Below, piece by piece: positions 35,780 through 45,400 of a DNA stretch of 64,000 nucleotides. Below the pieces are notes generated by a model. It was given only the letters and a program-made list of their open reading frames with translations, was not told the DNA's origin and ran no database searches. Source of the DNA: Lysobacterales bacterium. Lineage in GTDB: Bacteria > Pseudomonadota > Gammaproteobacteria > Xanthomonadales > Xanthomonadaceae. Both the position numbers and the translations under genes were made by a program. The stretch covers positions 46,009 through 110,008 of the forward strand of contig JAEKKX010000005.1 of assembly GCA_019510125.1 (NCBI GenBank), written 5' to 3'. Within the stretch, counting starts at the first letter, position 1. Every line of letters begins with the position of its first letter.

Positions 35780-37180
35780 CTACTTGCTGCGCTTGATGTG
35801 CCGGATCATCCGCTGGCGCTTCTTGAGCTGGCCTTCGGTGAGGACGTTCTTCTTGTCCTTGTACGGATTGTCGCCTTCCTTGAAGACGAAGCGCACCGGC
35901 GTGCCGATCAGCTTGTAGCGCTTGCGGAAGAAGTTCTCGAGGTAGCGCCGGTAGCTTTCCGGCAGGTTGCGCAGGCGGGTGCCGTGGACCACGAAGGTCG
36001 GCGGGTTCTCGCCGCCCGGGTGCGCGAAGCGCAGCTTGGAGACGTGGCCGCGCACCGACGGCGGCGGGTTGGTCGCGTAGGCGATCTCCATCGCCTGGGT
36101 GACTTCGGAGGTGCTGAACTTGTGCGTGGCCGAGCGGTGCGCGCGGTGGATCGCGGCGAACAGTTCGCGCAGGCCCGAGCCGTGCTTGGCGCTGATGTGC
36201 ACGGCCTCGGCCCAGTTCACGAACGACAGCTTGCGCGACAGCAGGCCGTCGGTCTGCTCGCGCTGGTACTGCGACAGCCCGTCCCACTTGTTCACCGCGA
36301 CGACCAGCGCGCGGCCGGCGTCGAGCACCGCGCCGAGCACGCTGGCGTCCTGGTCGGTCACGCCCTCGCTGGCATCGAGCATGATGACCGCGACCTGGCA
36401 CTGCTCGATCGCCTGCAGCGTCTTCACGATCGAGAACTTCTCGACCGCCTCCTCGACCTTGGACTTGCGGCGGATGCCGGCGGTGTCGATCAGCCGGTAC
36501 TTGCGGTCGTCGCGCTCGAGATCGACCGCGATCGAGTCGCGGGTGGTGCCCGGCACGTCCGAGGCGATCATCCGCTCCTCGCCGAGGATGCGGTTGACCA
36601 GCGTGGACTTGCCGACGTTGGGGCGGCCGACGAAGGCGATCCGGATGCGGTCCGGATCGTTGTCCAGCACCTCGGCCTCGCCGTCGGCCGGCAACCGCGA
36701 CAGCACCTCGGCGAGCAGCTTGTCCAGGCCGGTGCGATGCGCGGACGAGACCGCCAGCGATTCGGCGATGCCGTAACGCGCGAACTCGGCGATCGCGGCG
36801 CGGCTGTCGAGGCCGTCGGTCTTGTTGACCACCAGCAGCACCGGCCGGTCGGCCTTGCGCAGCCAGCGCAGGATCTCGTCGTCCAGCGCCGACGGGCCTT
36901 CGCGGCCATCGACGATGAACAGGACCAGGTCGGCCTCCTCGGCCGCGGCGCGCGACTGGCGCGCGGTGGCGCCGGCCAGCCCTTCCTCTTCGCCGGCGAT
37001 GCCGCCGGTGTCCACGATCACGAACGGATGCGCCTCGTCGAGGCGGCAGATGCCGTAGTTGCGGTCGCGGGTCACCCCCGGCTCGTCGTGGACGAGCGCG
37101 TCGCGGGTGCGGGTCAGCGCGTTGAACAGCGTCGATTTGCCGACGTTGGGCCGGCCGACGAGGGCGACGAGAGGCAGCAT
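35780..37180 (-). CDS. der: Ribosome-associated GTPase Der (EngA), tandem GTPase domains plus KH-like domain
   Basis: A 466-aa ORF with two P-loops, [12 protein letters not shown] and [12 protein letters not shown]. Confidence 0.97.
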   Translation of the reverse strand: MLPLVALVGRPNVGKSTLFNALTRTRDALVHDEPGVTRDRNYGICRLDEAHPFVIVDTGGIAGEEEGLAGATARQSRAAAEEADLVLFIVDGREGPSALDDEILRWLRKADRPVLLVVNKTDGLDSRAAIAEFARYGIAESLAVSSAHRTGLDKLLAEVLSRLPADGEAEVLDNDPDRIRIAFVGRPNVGKSTLVNRILGEERMIASDVPGTTRDSIAVDLERDDRKYRLIDTAGIRRKSKVEEAVEKFSIVKTLQAIEQCQVAVIMLDASEGVTDQDASVLGAVLDAGRALVVAVNKWDGLSQYQREQTDGLLSRKLSFVNWAEAVHISAKHGSGLRELFAAIHRAHRSATHKFSTSEVTQAMEIAYATNPPPSVRGHVSKLRFAHPGGENPPTFVVHGTRLRNLPESYRRYLENFFRKRYKLIGTPVRFVFKEGDNPYKDKKNVLTEGQLKKRQRMIRHIKRSK

Positions 37181-37264
37181 GGCGGGAACGTCAGGAAAGA
37201 GTCGGAAACGAACGACCCCGGGCAGTCAGCCTACCCGGGGTCGCGGAGCTTGAACAGCCGAGGA

Positions 37265-38494
37265 TCAGTTCAGGCGCCAGGCGCTGAGCTTGCCGTCCAC
37301 GGTCTCGACCACCAGCACGCCGTCGACCACCACCGGCGCGGCGCGCAGGGCGTCGCGGGCGACGCGGGTGCGGGCGGCGAAGTCGCCGTTGTCCAGGCGC
37401 AGCCAGTGCAGGTAGCCGTCGGCGTCGCCGACCACCGCGAACTCGCCCTGCACCGCCGCGCCGGACAGGCCGCGACGGGCGAGCCCGGCCTGCTGCCACA
37501 GCGCGGAGCCGCCGTTCTTGTCCAGCGCCCAGACGATGCCGGCCGGATCGGTCACGACGACGCGGTCGGCGCCGACGCCGATGCGGCCGGGGCCGCCGTG
37601 TTCCTGCGACCAGATCGGGCGGCCGCTGGGGCCGTCGATCGACATGGTCTGCTTCTTGTAGCTGGTGGCGAAGATCGTCGAGCCGTCGAGCACCGGCATG
37701 CCGTCGACGTCGGCCATGCGATCGAGCTCGCTGCGGCCGTCGGGCTGGCCCACGGCCTGCGACCACAGCGGGCGGCCGTCGACCAGCGACAGCGCGGCGA
37801 CCGAGCCGTCGTCGTTGCCGACGAACACGAAGCCCGGGCCCAGCACCGGCGCGTCATTGCCGCGCACGCTGAGGGTCGGCAGATCGTGGTTCCAGAACCA
37901 GCGGCGCTCGCCGGTCGCGGCGTCGAAGGCGGTGACGCGGCCGTCGTTGGAGCGCACCAGCACGCTGCCCTGGCCGATCGTGGGCGCGGCGATGACTTCG
38001 TTCGGCACCTTCGCGGTCCACTTCTGGGCGCCGGTCGCCGCGTCGAGGGCGATCACGTCGCCGTCGATCGTGCCGGCCACCACCAGGCCGTCGCCGGCGC
38101 CGGGGCCGCCGGAGAAGCGCTGCTTCTTGCTGCGGTATTCCCAGGCCTTCGCGCCGGTCTGCAGGTCGAAGGCGCGGATCGTGTCGTCGGCGGCGGCGGC
38201 GTAGACGCGGCCGTCGGCGATGGCGGGCGACTGGGCCAGGCCGAGCCGCGGATCGCCGGCGCCGGCATCCGCGGTCCACATGCGCGCGACCGTCGCCGAG
38301 GGCACGAAATCGACGAGCTCGAGCGGCTTGCTCGCGGCCTTGGCGCCGGACTTGTCCATGTCGAACCAGCCCTTGACGGTGCTGCAGCCGGACAGGGCGA
38401 CGATCGCGGCCGCGAGCAGGGCGGCGCGGACGGCGGCGCGGAACGGCGCGCGGCGCGGCGCGGGAACAGCGGAATGCAACCGAATGGAATTCAT
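37265..38494 (-). CDS. bamB: Outer membrane protein assembly factor BamB (PQQ-like beta-propeller lipoprotein)
   Basis: A 409-aa ORF with lipobox LSGC, repeated propeller blades and the yfgM-bamB-der context. Confidence 0.92.
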   Translation of the reverse strand: MNSIRLHSAVPAPRRAPFRAAVRAALLAAAIVALSGCSTVKGWFDMDKSGAKAASKPLELVDFVPSATVARMWTADAGAGDPRLGLAQSPAIADGRVYAAAADDTIRAFDLQTGAKAWEYRSKKQRFSGGPGAGDGLVVAGTIDGDVIALDAATGAQKWTAKVPNEVIAAPTIGQGSVLVRSNDGRVTAFDAATGERRWFWNHDLPTLSVRGNDAPVLGPGFVFVGNDDGSVAALSLVDGRPLWSQAVGQPDGRSELDRMADVDGMPVLDGSTIFATSYKKQTMSIDGPSGRPIWSQEHGGPGRIGVGADRVVVTDPAGIVWALDKNGGSALWQQAGLARRGLSGAAVQGEFAVVGDADGYLHWLRLDNGDFAARTRVARDALRAAPVVVDGVLVVETVDGKLSAWRLN

Positions 38495-38522
38495 CGTGTG
38501 GTCGTGCCCAGGAAGTGCTTGG

Positions 38523-39155
38523 TCAGGAAGCGGAATCGGGTTTCTTCGGGGTGCCGCCGGCCTGGGTCAGCTTCAGCTCGATCAGCCGGCGCAACTGCGA
38601 GCCCTCGTCGAGGCCGGTCAGCGCCTTCTCGTAGGCCTTCTGCGCCTGCTCCTTGCGGCCCAGCGCGAACAGCGCGTCGCCGCGGACGTCGTGGGCGAGC
38701 GGCTCGTCGACGTTCTGCAGCAGGGTCAGCGCTTCTTCGCTCTTGCCGGCGTCGATCAGCAGCCGCGCGAGGCGCTGGCTGGCGACGGCCTGGATCGCCG
38801 GGTCCTCGACGGTCACGCCGCGCAGGGTGGCGATGGCGTCGTCGCGCTTGCCGCCGTCGGCCTGGGCCTTGGCGAGGTCGAACGCGGCCAGCGCGGCATA
38901 GGAAGAGCCCTTCAGGGCGGCGGCGGCGGACTGCGCTTCCTTGAGCTTGCCGGCCTTGAGGTCGGCGACGATGGCCTGGTACTGGTCGCTGCTCTTCTGC
39001 GCCGCCGCGGTCTGCTTGTCCTGCCACCAGAACCAGCCGTAGATGGCCGCGAGGCCGAGGGCCACGCCACCGATCATGCCGGCGGCGTTGTTGCGGATCC
39101 AGATGCGGACGCGTTCGCTCTGTTCGTGTTCGTCGAGAAGGTCGTCGATCGCCAT
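38523..39155 (-). CDS. yfgM: YfgM family (ancillary SecYEG translocon subunit, TPR-like) membrane protein
   Basis: A 210-aa ORF with a single TM (MIGGVALGLAAIYGWFWW) followed by a TPR-like helical domain. Its position upstream of bamB-der is conserved. Confidence 0.85.
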   Translation of the reverse strand: MAIDDLLDEHEQSERVRIWIRNNAAGMIGGVALGLAAIYGWFWWQDKQTAAAQKSSDQYQAIVADLKAGKLKEAQSAAAALKGSSYAALAAFDLAKAQADGGKRDDAIATLRGVTVEDPAIQAVASQRLARLLIDAGKSEEALTLLQNVDEPLAHDVRGDALFALGRKEQAQKAYEKALTGLDEGSQLRRLIELKLTQAGGTPKKPDSAS

Positions 39156-39446
39156 GGGGTTCGGTCAGGTCTCGGAAAGGCGGCTGGCATGGAGGTCGTC
39201 CGGAAGTCCGGCCGCGGCGCGCGAACGCCGCGAGGTTGTAGCAGGCCGCGCCTGAACAACCACCGTCGGGACCACGTCAGCGGAAGCCGACGGCCGCCGG
39301 CGTGGGCGGGCGGACGCGGCGGAAGCGGGACGGAAGGTCCTCCGGACTCCGCTCCGGCGGAGCGACTGCGCGAGGCCGCCGGGAGGAAGGATCGACGGGT
39401 ACGGGAACTGCTGGTTCCGCACCGCGCGAGGAGCCGCCGGGACCTC

Positions 39447-40280
39447 TCAGCGGTCGATCGGCTGGAGGGAACCGTCAGAGGATACCGTAAAGCGCACCAC
39501 GTTCGCGCGAACGTAGGGGGTCAGGTCCACCGGCTGGCCGCGCAGGCGCACGCTGACCGCCTCGGCGTTGCCGATCACCGCCCTGCCCAGCTCGCCCGCC
39601 TTGAAGCTGCGGGTTTCGCCGGCGGGGATCAGCGCCTGCTCGATCACGCTGCCGTCGGCGGCGGTGAGCTTCACCCAGCTCTCGCCGCCGAAGCTCACGG
39701 CCAGCCCCGGCTCCGCGGTCGCGGCGCGGACCGGCATCGGCGGGGTCATCGAAGCGACCAGCGGGCCCTGCTGCGCCGGCACGGCGTTGGCCGGCGTCGC
39801 CGCGGCATGCCCCGGCGCGCCGGACGCGGCCGCCGGCGCGGTGGCGGCGTCCAGCGGGACGGTGTCGACGCGGCCGTCGAGGTGGGAACGGGTCGCCAGC
39901 CAGATCGGCACCGCGATGCTGGCGGTAATGACGACGTAGACCAGGCGACTGGTGACCGCCTCGGCGGCGCGCTGTGCCCAGGGCGTGTAGGTGCGCGGCA
40001 CGAGTTCGGCCACCTGCGGCGCAGGCACGGCGACGCTGGCGGCGATCGCGTCCTCGGGCAACGCCAGCAGCCTGGCGTAGCTGCGCAGATGGCCGCGGAC
40101 GAACACCGGCGCGCCGATCCTGGCCCAGTCCTCGCGCTCGAGCGCCTCGATCACGTGGGTCGGCGTCTTCAGCCGCTGCCCCGCTTCGGCCGGCGTCAGT
40201 CCGGCACGGACCCGCGCCTGGCGCAGCTTCTCGCCGATGCCGCGCGCAGGATCGGGCATGCCGGTGTCGGTGGATGTCAT
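39447..40280 (-). CDS. rodZ: RodZ-like cytoskeleton protein (XRE HTH, TM, C-terminal DUF4115-like domain)
   Basis: Starts at ATG 40280 (MTSTDTGMPDPARGIGEKLRQARVRAGLTPAEAGQRLK...). It has a central TM (LVYVVITASIAVPIWLA) and sits downstream of rlmN. Confidence 0.8.
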   Translation of the reverse strand: MTSTDTGMPDPARGIGEKLRQARVRAGLTPAEAGQRLKTPTHVIEALEREDWARIGAPVFVRGHLRSYARLLALPEDAIAASVAVPAPQVAELVPRTYTPWAQRAAEAVTSRLVYVVITASIAVPIWLATRSHLDGRVDTVPLDAATAPAAASGAPGHAAATPANAVPAQQGPLVASMTPPMPVRAATAEPGLAVSFGGESWVKLTAADGSVIEQALIPAGETRSFKAGELGRAVIGNAEAVSVRLRGQPVDLTPYVRANVVRFTVSSDGSLQPIDR

Positions 40281-40367
40281 CGCGTCGAACTCCCCAAGGC
40301 AAGGCATCCGTGCATTGCATCGACGACGCTCGCCGGAGCGTCGGGTCCGAGAATCGGAAGGGGCGGC

Positions 40368-41546
40368 TCATGCCGCATGCGCCGCCCCGGTGTCGTCTTC
40401 GCCGGCGGCGCGCACCCCGCGCGTCGCGAGCGTCTTCTGGAACTCGGCCTGGCGTCGGGTGCGATCGACGACCTGGCCCTTGAGCTGGCCGCAGGCCGCA
40501 TCGATGTCGTCGCCGCGTGTGCGACGGACCGGCGCGATCATCCCGGCCTCGTTGAGCAGCTTCTGGAACGCGCGGATGGCCGCGTCGTCCGGGCGCTCGT
40601 AGCGGGTGCCGGGGAACGGGTTGAACGGGATCAGGTTGATCTTCGCGGCGTCCTTCATCTGCACCGCGCGGTCGAACGCGCGCAGCAGGCGGACCAGCTC
40701 GCGCGCGTGCGCCGGCTGGTCGTTGACGTCCTTCATCAGGGTGTATTCGAACGTCACCGACTCGCCCTTCTTGCGCAGCGCGTAGCGCACGCAGGCGTCC
40801 ATGAGCTCGGCGATCGGGTATTTCCTGTTCAGCGGCACGAGCTGATCGCGCAGCGCGTCGTTGGGCGCGTGCAGCGACACCGCGAGCGACACGTCGCTCT
40901 CCTGCGCGAGGCGGTCGATCATCGGCACCATGCCGGCGGTCGACAGGGTGACGCGCTTGTTGGCCAGGCCGTAGCCGAGGTCGTCGCGCATCACGCTCAT
41001 CGCGCGCACGACGTTGTCGAAATTCGCCAGCGGCTCGCCCATGCCCATCATCACGACGTTGGTGAGCTTGCGCTGCTTGTGCGGCACGTTGCCGAGGTGG
41101 CGCGCCGCGGTCCACACCTGGCCGACGATCTCGGCGGTGGACAGGTTGCGGTTGAAGCCCTGGGTCGCGGTCGAGCAGAACGTGCAGTTCAGCGCGCAGC
41201 CGACCTGCGAGGACACGCACAGCGTGCCGCGGCCCTTGTCGGGGATGTAGACGGTTTCGATGGCGTTCCTGCCGTCCATGCCCAGCAGCCACTTGTGGGT
41301 GCCGTCTTCGGACGGTTTGTCGAACTGGACCGTCGGCACGCGCACTTCGGCGTGCGCCTCGAGCTTGGCGCGCAGCGCCTTGCCGAGGTCGGTCATGTCG
41401 TCGAACGCGGTGACGTGGCGATGGTGGATCCACTTCATCACCTGGTGGGCGCGGTAGCGCTTCTCGCCGAGGGTGTCGGCGAAGAAGCGCTCCAGTCCCT
41501 CGCGATCGAGGTCGAGCAGGTTCTGCTTGTGCGCGGCCTCGGTCAC
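40368..41546 (-). CDS. rlmN: 23S rRNA/tRNA adenine-C2 methyltransferase RlmN (radical SAM)
   Basis: A 392-aa ORF with the radical-SAM cluster motif [10 protein letters not shown] and MGMGEPLAN. Confidence 0.96.
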   Translation of the reverse strand: MTEAAHKQNLLDLDREGLERFFADTLGEKRYRAHQVMKWIHHRHVTAFDDMTDLGKALRAKLEAHAEVRVPTVQFDKPSEDGTHKWLLGMDGRNAIETVYIPDKGRGTLCVSSQVGCALNCTFCSTATQGFNRNLSTAEIVGQVWTAARHLGNVPHKQRKLTNVVMMGMGEPLANFDNVVRAMSVMRDDLGYGLANKRVTLSTAGMVPMIDRLAQESDVSLAVSLHAPNDALRDQLVPLNRKYPIAELMDACVRYALRKKGESVTFEYTLMKDVNDQPAHARELVRLLRAFDRAVQMKDAAKINLIPFNPFPGTRYERPDDAAIRAFQKLLNEAGMIAPVRRTRGDDIDAACGQLKGQVVDRTRRQAEFQKTLATRGVRAAGEDDTGAAHAA

Positions 41547-41583
41547 GTCGTGCTCGTCGATGGGATTCGCTTCGAGGGCACGA

Positions 41584-42009
41584 TCAGCGCGGGCACAGCT
41601 CGGTCGCGCTGAAGAAGTACGCGGTTTCGATCGCCGCGTTCTCCAGCGAGTCCGAACCGTGGACGGCGTTGGCGTCGATCGACTGCGCGAAGTCGGCGCG
41701 GATCGTGCCCGGCGCCGCGTCCTTCGGATTGGTCGCGCCCATCAGTTCGCGATTCTTGGCGACGGCGTTCTCGCCTTCGAGCACCTGGATCATCACCGGG
41801 CCGGAGGTCATGAACTCGACCAGCGCCGGGAAGAACGGACGTTCGCGGTGCACGGCGTAGAAGCCTTCGGCTTCCTTGCGCGAGAGGTGCTTCATCTTCG
41901 CGGCGACGATCGTGAGACCGGCCTTTTCGAAGCGCGAATAGATTTCGCCGATGACGTTCTTGGCGACGGCATCGGGCTTGATGATGGAAATGGTGCGCTC
42001 AAGCGCCAT
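41584..42009 (-). CDS. ndk: Nucleoside diphosphate kinase
   Basis: A 141-aa ORF with [15 protein letters not shown] and the active-site NAVHGSDS. Confidence 0.97.
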   Translation of the reverse strand: MALERTISIIKPDAVAKNVIGEIYSRFEKAGLTIVAAKMKHLSRKEAEGFYAVHRERPFFPALVEFMTSGPVMIQVLEGENAVAKNRELMGATNPKDAAPGTIRADFAQSIDANAVHGSDSLENAAIETAYFFSATELCPR

Positions 42010-42075
42010 GACAGTGGGTCTCCGGGGGTAGACGGCCGCAGTCGAGCGACCGGAACCATAACATGAATGGGAAGG

Positions 42076-42101
42076 AAAAACCCGCGTGGGGACGCGGGTT
42101 T
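42076..42101 (-). terminator. Intrinsic-terminator-like hairpin plus U-run, minus-strand orientation, 67 nt upstream of the ndk start codon
   Basis: The minus strand reads aaacccgcgt-cccc-acgcgggttt followed by tttcc (9-bp GC-rich stem, then T5). On the plus strand the trailing T-run is only TTT. Confidence 0.55.
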
Positions 42102-42170
42102 AGCCGATTCGGCTGGAGGAGATTCTAACCCGGCGCGCGGTCTCCTTGCATCCATGCCGGGGATCACGTT

Positions 42171-42214
42171 TTGCGGTCGCGGGGGAAATGGCGTACACTC
42201 AAACAAGCGTTTGA
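42171..42214 (+). promoter_or_regulatory. Sigma-70 type promoter overlapped by a PsrA-type palindromic operator
   Basis: TTGCGG (42171-42176), 17 nt, TACACT (42194-42199). The operator TCAAAC-AAGC-GTTTGA (42199-42214) matches the reported PsrA consensus (G/C)AAAC-N2-4-GTTT(G/C). It lies 35 nt upstream of the TetR gene ATG. Confidence 0.6.
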
Positions 42215-42248
42215 ATCAACCCCGCCCTTGCCGGAGCCCGCGACTGCC

Positions 42249-42878
42249 ATGAGCAAAGCCCAGTTCTCGACCAAGGAAAGGATTCTCGACGCCGCCGAAA
42301 CCCTGTTCGCCCAGTACGGCTTCGGCGGGACCTCGCTCCGCCAGGTCACCAGCCAGGCGGACGTCAACATCGCCGCGGTCAACTACCACTTCGGCAGCAA
42401 GGAAAACCTGGTCAACGAGGTCTTCCGCCGCCGCATGGACGAAATGAGCGCCCAGCGCCTCGCCCGGCTCAAGGCCGTGGTCCAGGCCGACCCGGCCGAC
42501 CTGACCGGGATCCTCGCCGCCTTCGTCGAACCGCCGCTGGCGATGGCCCAGGACCGCCACGGCGGCGGCGCCTTCATCCGGGTGATCGCCCGCGCCTATG
42601 CCGAGAAGAACGACGGCCTGCGCCGGTTCCTGTCCGAACAGTACGGCCACGTGCTGCGCGAATTCGGCCGGGCCATCGCCCGCTGCCTGCCCGGCCTCAG
42701 CAAGGAAGAGCTGTACTGGCGGCTCGACTTCCTCGCCGGCGCCCTGACCTACGCCATGGCCGACTTCGGGATGATCAAGCGCCCGAGCGGCATCAGCGAA
42801 ACCGAGCATCGCCAGCGCGCCGCGCAGGAGCTCATCCGCTTCGCCTGCGCCGGCTTCCGCGCCGGCCAGCTCAACTGA
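42249..42878 (+). CDS. TetR family transcriptional regulator (PsrA/FadR-like, fatty-acid oxidation repressor type)
   Basis: Starts at ATG 42249 (MSKAQFSTKERILDAAETLFAQYGFGGTSLRQVTSQADVNIAAVNYHFGSKENL). It is 209 aa and lies directly upstream of the beta-oxidation genes. Confidence 0.88.
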   Translation: MSKAQFSTKERILDAAETLFAQYGFGGTSLRQVTSQADVNIAAVNYHFGSKENLVNEVFRRRMDEMSAQRLARLKAVVQADPADLTGILAAFVEPPLAMAQDRHGGGAFIRVIARAYAEKNDGLRRFLSEQYGHVLREFGRAIARCLPGLSKEELYWRLDFLAGALTYAMADFGMIKRPSGISETEHRQRAAQELIRFACAGFRAGQLN

Positions 42879-42939
42879 CCGGGACGCCTGCGCCACGCTT
42901 CAGCCCGGCGCCCCGGGAAAACCCCACGCAATCAACAGG

Positions 42940-45321
42940 ATGCACACCATGTCCCAGAAACCGCTGATCCGCCGCGTCGCCGTCCTCGGGGCGGGCGTGA
43001 TGGGGGCGCAGATCGCCGCCCACCTGACCAACGCCGGCGTCGACACCGTGCTGTTCGACCTCGCCGCGAAGGAAGGCGCCCCCGACGGCATCGTCCTCAA
43101 GGCCATCGCCAACCTGGGCAAGCTCTCCCCCGCCCCGCTGGCGACGAAGGCGCTGGCCGAGGCGATCACCCCGGCCAACTACGACACCGGCCTGGAGCAC
43201 CTGCGCGGCTGCGACCTGATCATCGAGGCGATCGCCGAGCGGATGGACTGGAAGCAGGACCTGTACAAGAAGATCGCTCCGTTCGTGCCGGCGCACACGG
43301 TGCTCGCCAGCAACACGTCGGGCTTGGGAATCAACAAGTTGGCGGAAGTTCTTCCAGAAGAACTTCGCCACCGGTTCTGCGGCGTCCACTTCTTCAACCC
43401 GCCGCGCTACATGCACCTGGCCGAGCTCATCCCGGCCGCGACCACCGACGCGGACGTGCTCGAAGGCCTCGAGACCTTCCTGGTCACCACCCTCGGCAAG
43501 GGCGTGGTCTACGCCAAGGACACCCCGAACTTCATCGGCAACCGCATTGGCGTGTTCTCGATCCTGTCGGTGATCCACCACACCCACGCGTTCAACCTGG
43601 GCTTCGACGAAGTCGACGCCCTGACCGGCCCGCTGCTGGGCCGGCCGAAGTCGGCGACCTACCGCACTTCCGACGTGGTCGGCCTGGACACGATGGCCCA
43701 CGTCATCAAGACCATGGGCGACACCCTGCCCGACGACCCGTGGCACAGGTACTTCAACGCCCCGGCGTGGCTGGGCGCGCTGATCCAGAAGGGCGCGCTG
43801 GGCCAGAAGACCGGCGCCGGCATCTTCCGCAAGGTCGGCAAGGACATCGTCGTCCTCGACCTGGAGAAGCAGGACTACCGCCCGGCCGACCGCGTCGCGG
43901 CGCCGGAGGTGGTCGAGATCCTCAAGCTGAAGAACCCGGCCGAGAAGTTCGCGAAGCTGCGCGAGAGCGCGCATCCGCAGGCGCAGTTCCTGTGGGCCTG
44001 CTTCCGCGACCTGTTCCACTACAGCGCCTACCATCTGGCCGACATCGCCGACACCGCGCGCGACGTCGATTTCGCGATCCGCTGGGGCTACGGCTGGTCG
44101 CTGGGCCCGTTCGAGACCTGGCAGGCGTCCGACTGGAAGCAGGTCGCGCAGTGGATCGCCGACGACATCGCCGCCGGCAAGGCCATGAGCGGCGCGCCGC
44201 TGCCGGCCTGGGTCACCGACGGCCGCACCGGCGTGCACGGCCCGGCCGGCAGCTACAGCCCGGCGAAGGGCGCGGACGTGCCGCGCTCGTCGAACCCGGT
44301 CTACCTGCGCCAGCGCTTCCCCGATCCGTTGATCGGCGAGCGCTTCCCGCAGGGCGAGACGGTGTACGAGAACGAAGGCGTCCGCCTGTGGCACGACGGC
44401 GACGGAATCGCGGTCGCCTCGTTCAAGACCAAGATGCACACCGTGAACAACCACGTGCTCGACGGCCTGCAGGAGGCGATCGGCATCGCCGAGCGCGACT
44501 TCAAGGGCATGGTGATCTGGCAGCCGAAGGAGCCGTTCTCGGCCGGCGCCGATCTCGCCGGCGCGCTCGGCCTGCTCGCCGCGGGCGACGTCAAGGGCTT
44601 CGAGGCGATGGTCGCCAACTTCCAGGCGACCAGCCAGCGCATCAAGTACGCGCTGGTGCCGGTGGTCGGCGCGGTGCGCGGCCTCGCCCTGGGCGGCGGC
44701 TGCGAGTTCCAGATGCACACCGCGCGCACGGTCGCCCACCTCGAAAGCTACATCGGCCTGGTCGAGGCCGGCGTCGGCCTGCTGCCGGCCGGCGGCGGCC
44801 TGAAGGAATTCGCGGTGCGCGCCTCGCAGGCCGCGGGGCCGGGCGGCGACGTGTTCGCCCAGCTCAAGCCGCTGTTCGAGAACGTGGCGATGGCCAAGGT
44901 CTCCGCCTCCGCGCTGGAAGCGAAGGACATGGGACTGCTGCGCAGGGACGACGTGGTCGCCTTCAACGCCTTCGAACTGCTGTACATCGCCAAGCAGCAG
45001 GCGCTGGCGCTGGCCGAGTCCGGCTACCGCCCGCCCCTGCCCGCCCGCCGCGTGCAGGTCGCCGGCGACGTCGGCATCGCCACATTCAAGATGATGCTGG
45101 TGAACATGCTCGAAGGCCGCTTCATCTCCGAGCACGACTACGAGATCGCCAGCCGCATCGCCACCGTCCTGTGCGGCGGCGAGGTCGATCGCGGCGCGAT
45201 CGTCGACGAGGACTGGCTGATCCGCCTGGAGCGCGAGCACTTCGTCGCGCTGGCGCAGATGCCGAAGACCCAGGCCCGGATCAAGCACATGCTCGAGACC
45301 GGCAAGCCCCTCCGCAACTGA
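42940..45321 (+). CDS. Bifunctional 3-hydroxyacyl-CoA dehydrogenase/enoyl-CoA hydratase (dehydrogenase domain first, FadN-type order)
   Basis: A 793-aa ORF with an N-terminal NAD motif VAVLGAGVMGAQIAAHL and a C-terminal crotonase-fold region (FSAGADL, GLALGGGCE). Confidence 0.92.
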   Translation: MHTMSQKPLIRRVAVLGAGVMGAQIAAHLTNAGVDTVLFDLAAKEGAPDGIVLKAIANLGKLSPAPLATKALAEAITPANYDTGLEHLRGCDLIIEAIAERMDWKQDLYKKIAPFVPAHTVLASNTSGLGINKLAEVLPEELRHRFCGVHFFNPPRYMHLAELIPAATTDADVLEGLETFLVTTLGKGVVYAKDTPNFIGNRIGVFSILSVIHHTHAFNLGFDEVDALTGPLLGRPKSATYRTSDVVGLDTMAHVIKTMGDTLPDDPWHRYFNAPAWLGALIQKGALGQKTGAGIFRKVGKDIVVLDLEKQDYRPADRVAAPEVVEILKLKNPAEKFAKLRESAHPQAQFLWACFRDLFHYSAYHLADIADTARDVDFAIRWGYGWSLGPFETWQASDWKQVAQWIADDIAAGKAMSGAPLPAWVTDGRTGVHGPAGSYSPAKGADVPRSSNPVYLRQRFPDPLIGERFPQGETVYENEGVRLWHDGDGIAVASFKTKMHTVNNHVLDGLQEAIGIAERDFKGMVIWQPKEPFSAGADLAGALGLLAAGDVKGFEAMVANFQATSQRIKYALVPVVGAVRGLALGGGCEFQMHTARTVAHLESYIGLVEAGVGLLPAGGGLKEFAVRASQAAGPGGDVFAQLKPLFENVAMAKVSASALEAKDMGLLRRDDVVAFNAFELLYIAKQQALALAESGYRPPLPARRVQVAGDVGIATFKMMLVNMLEGRFISEHDYEIASRIATVLCGGEVDRGAIVDEDWLIRLEREHFVALAQMPKTQARIKHMLETGKPLRN

Positions 45322-45400
45322 GATTCGCGCGCCGCCGCGCCGTCCACGGCGCGGCCTACCGAATCCCACCGCCACGAATCTCGAATCCGGACACATCCCC

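Noticed and set aside
35747-41612. Two plus-strand ORFs of more than 1000 aa (35747..38944 and 38220..41612)
   Set aside because: They run antisense to der, bamB, yfgM, rodZ and rlmN, all of which are unambiguous on the minus strand. This is a typical high-GC artefact.
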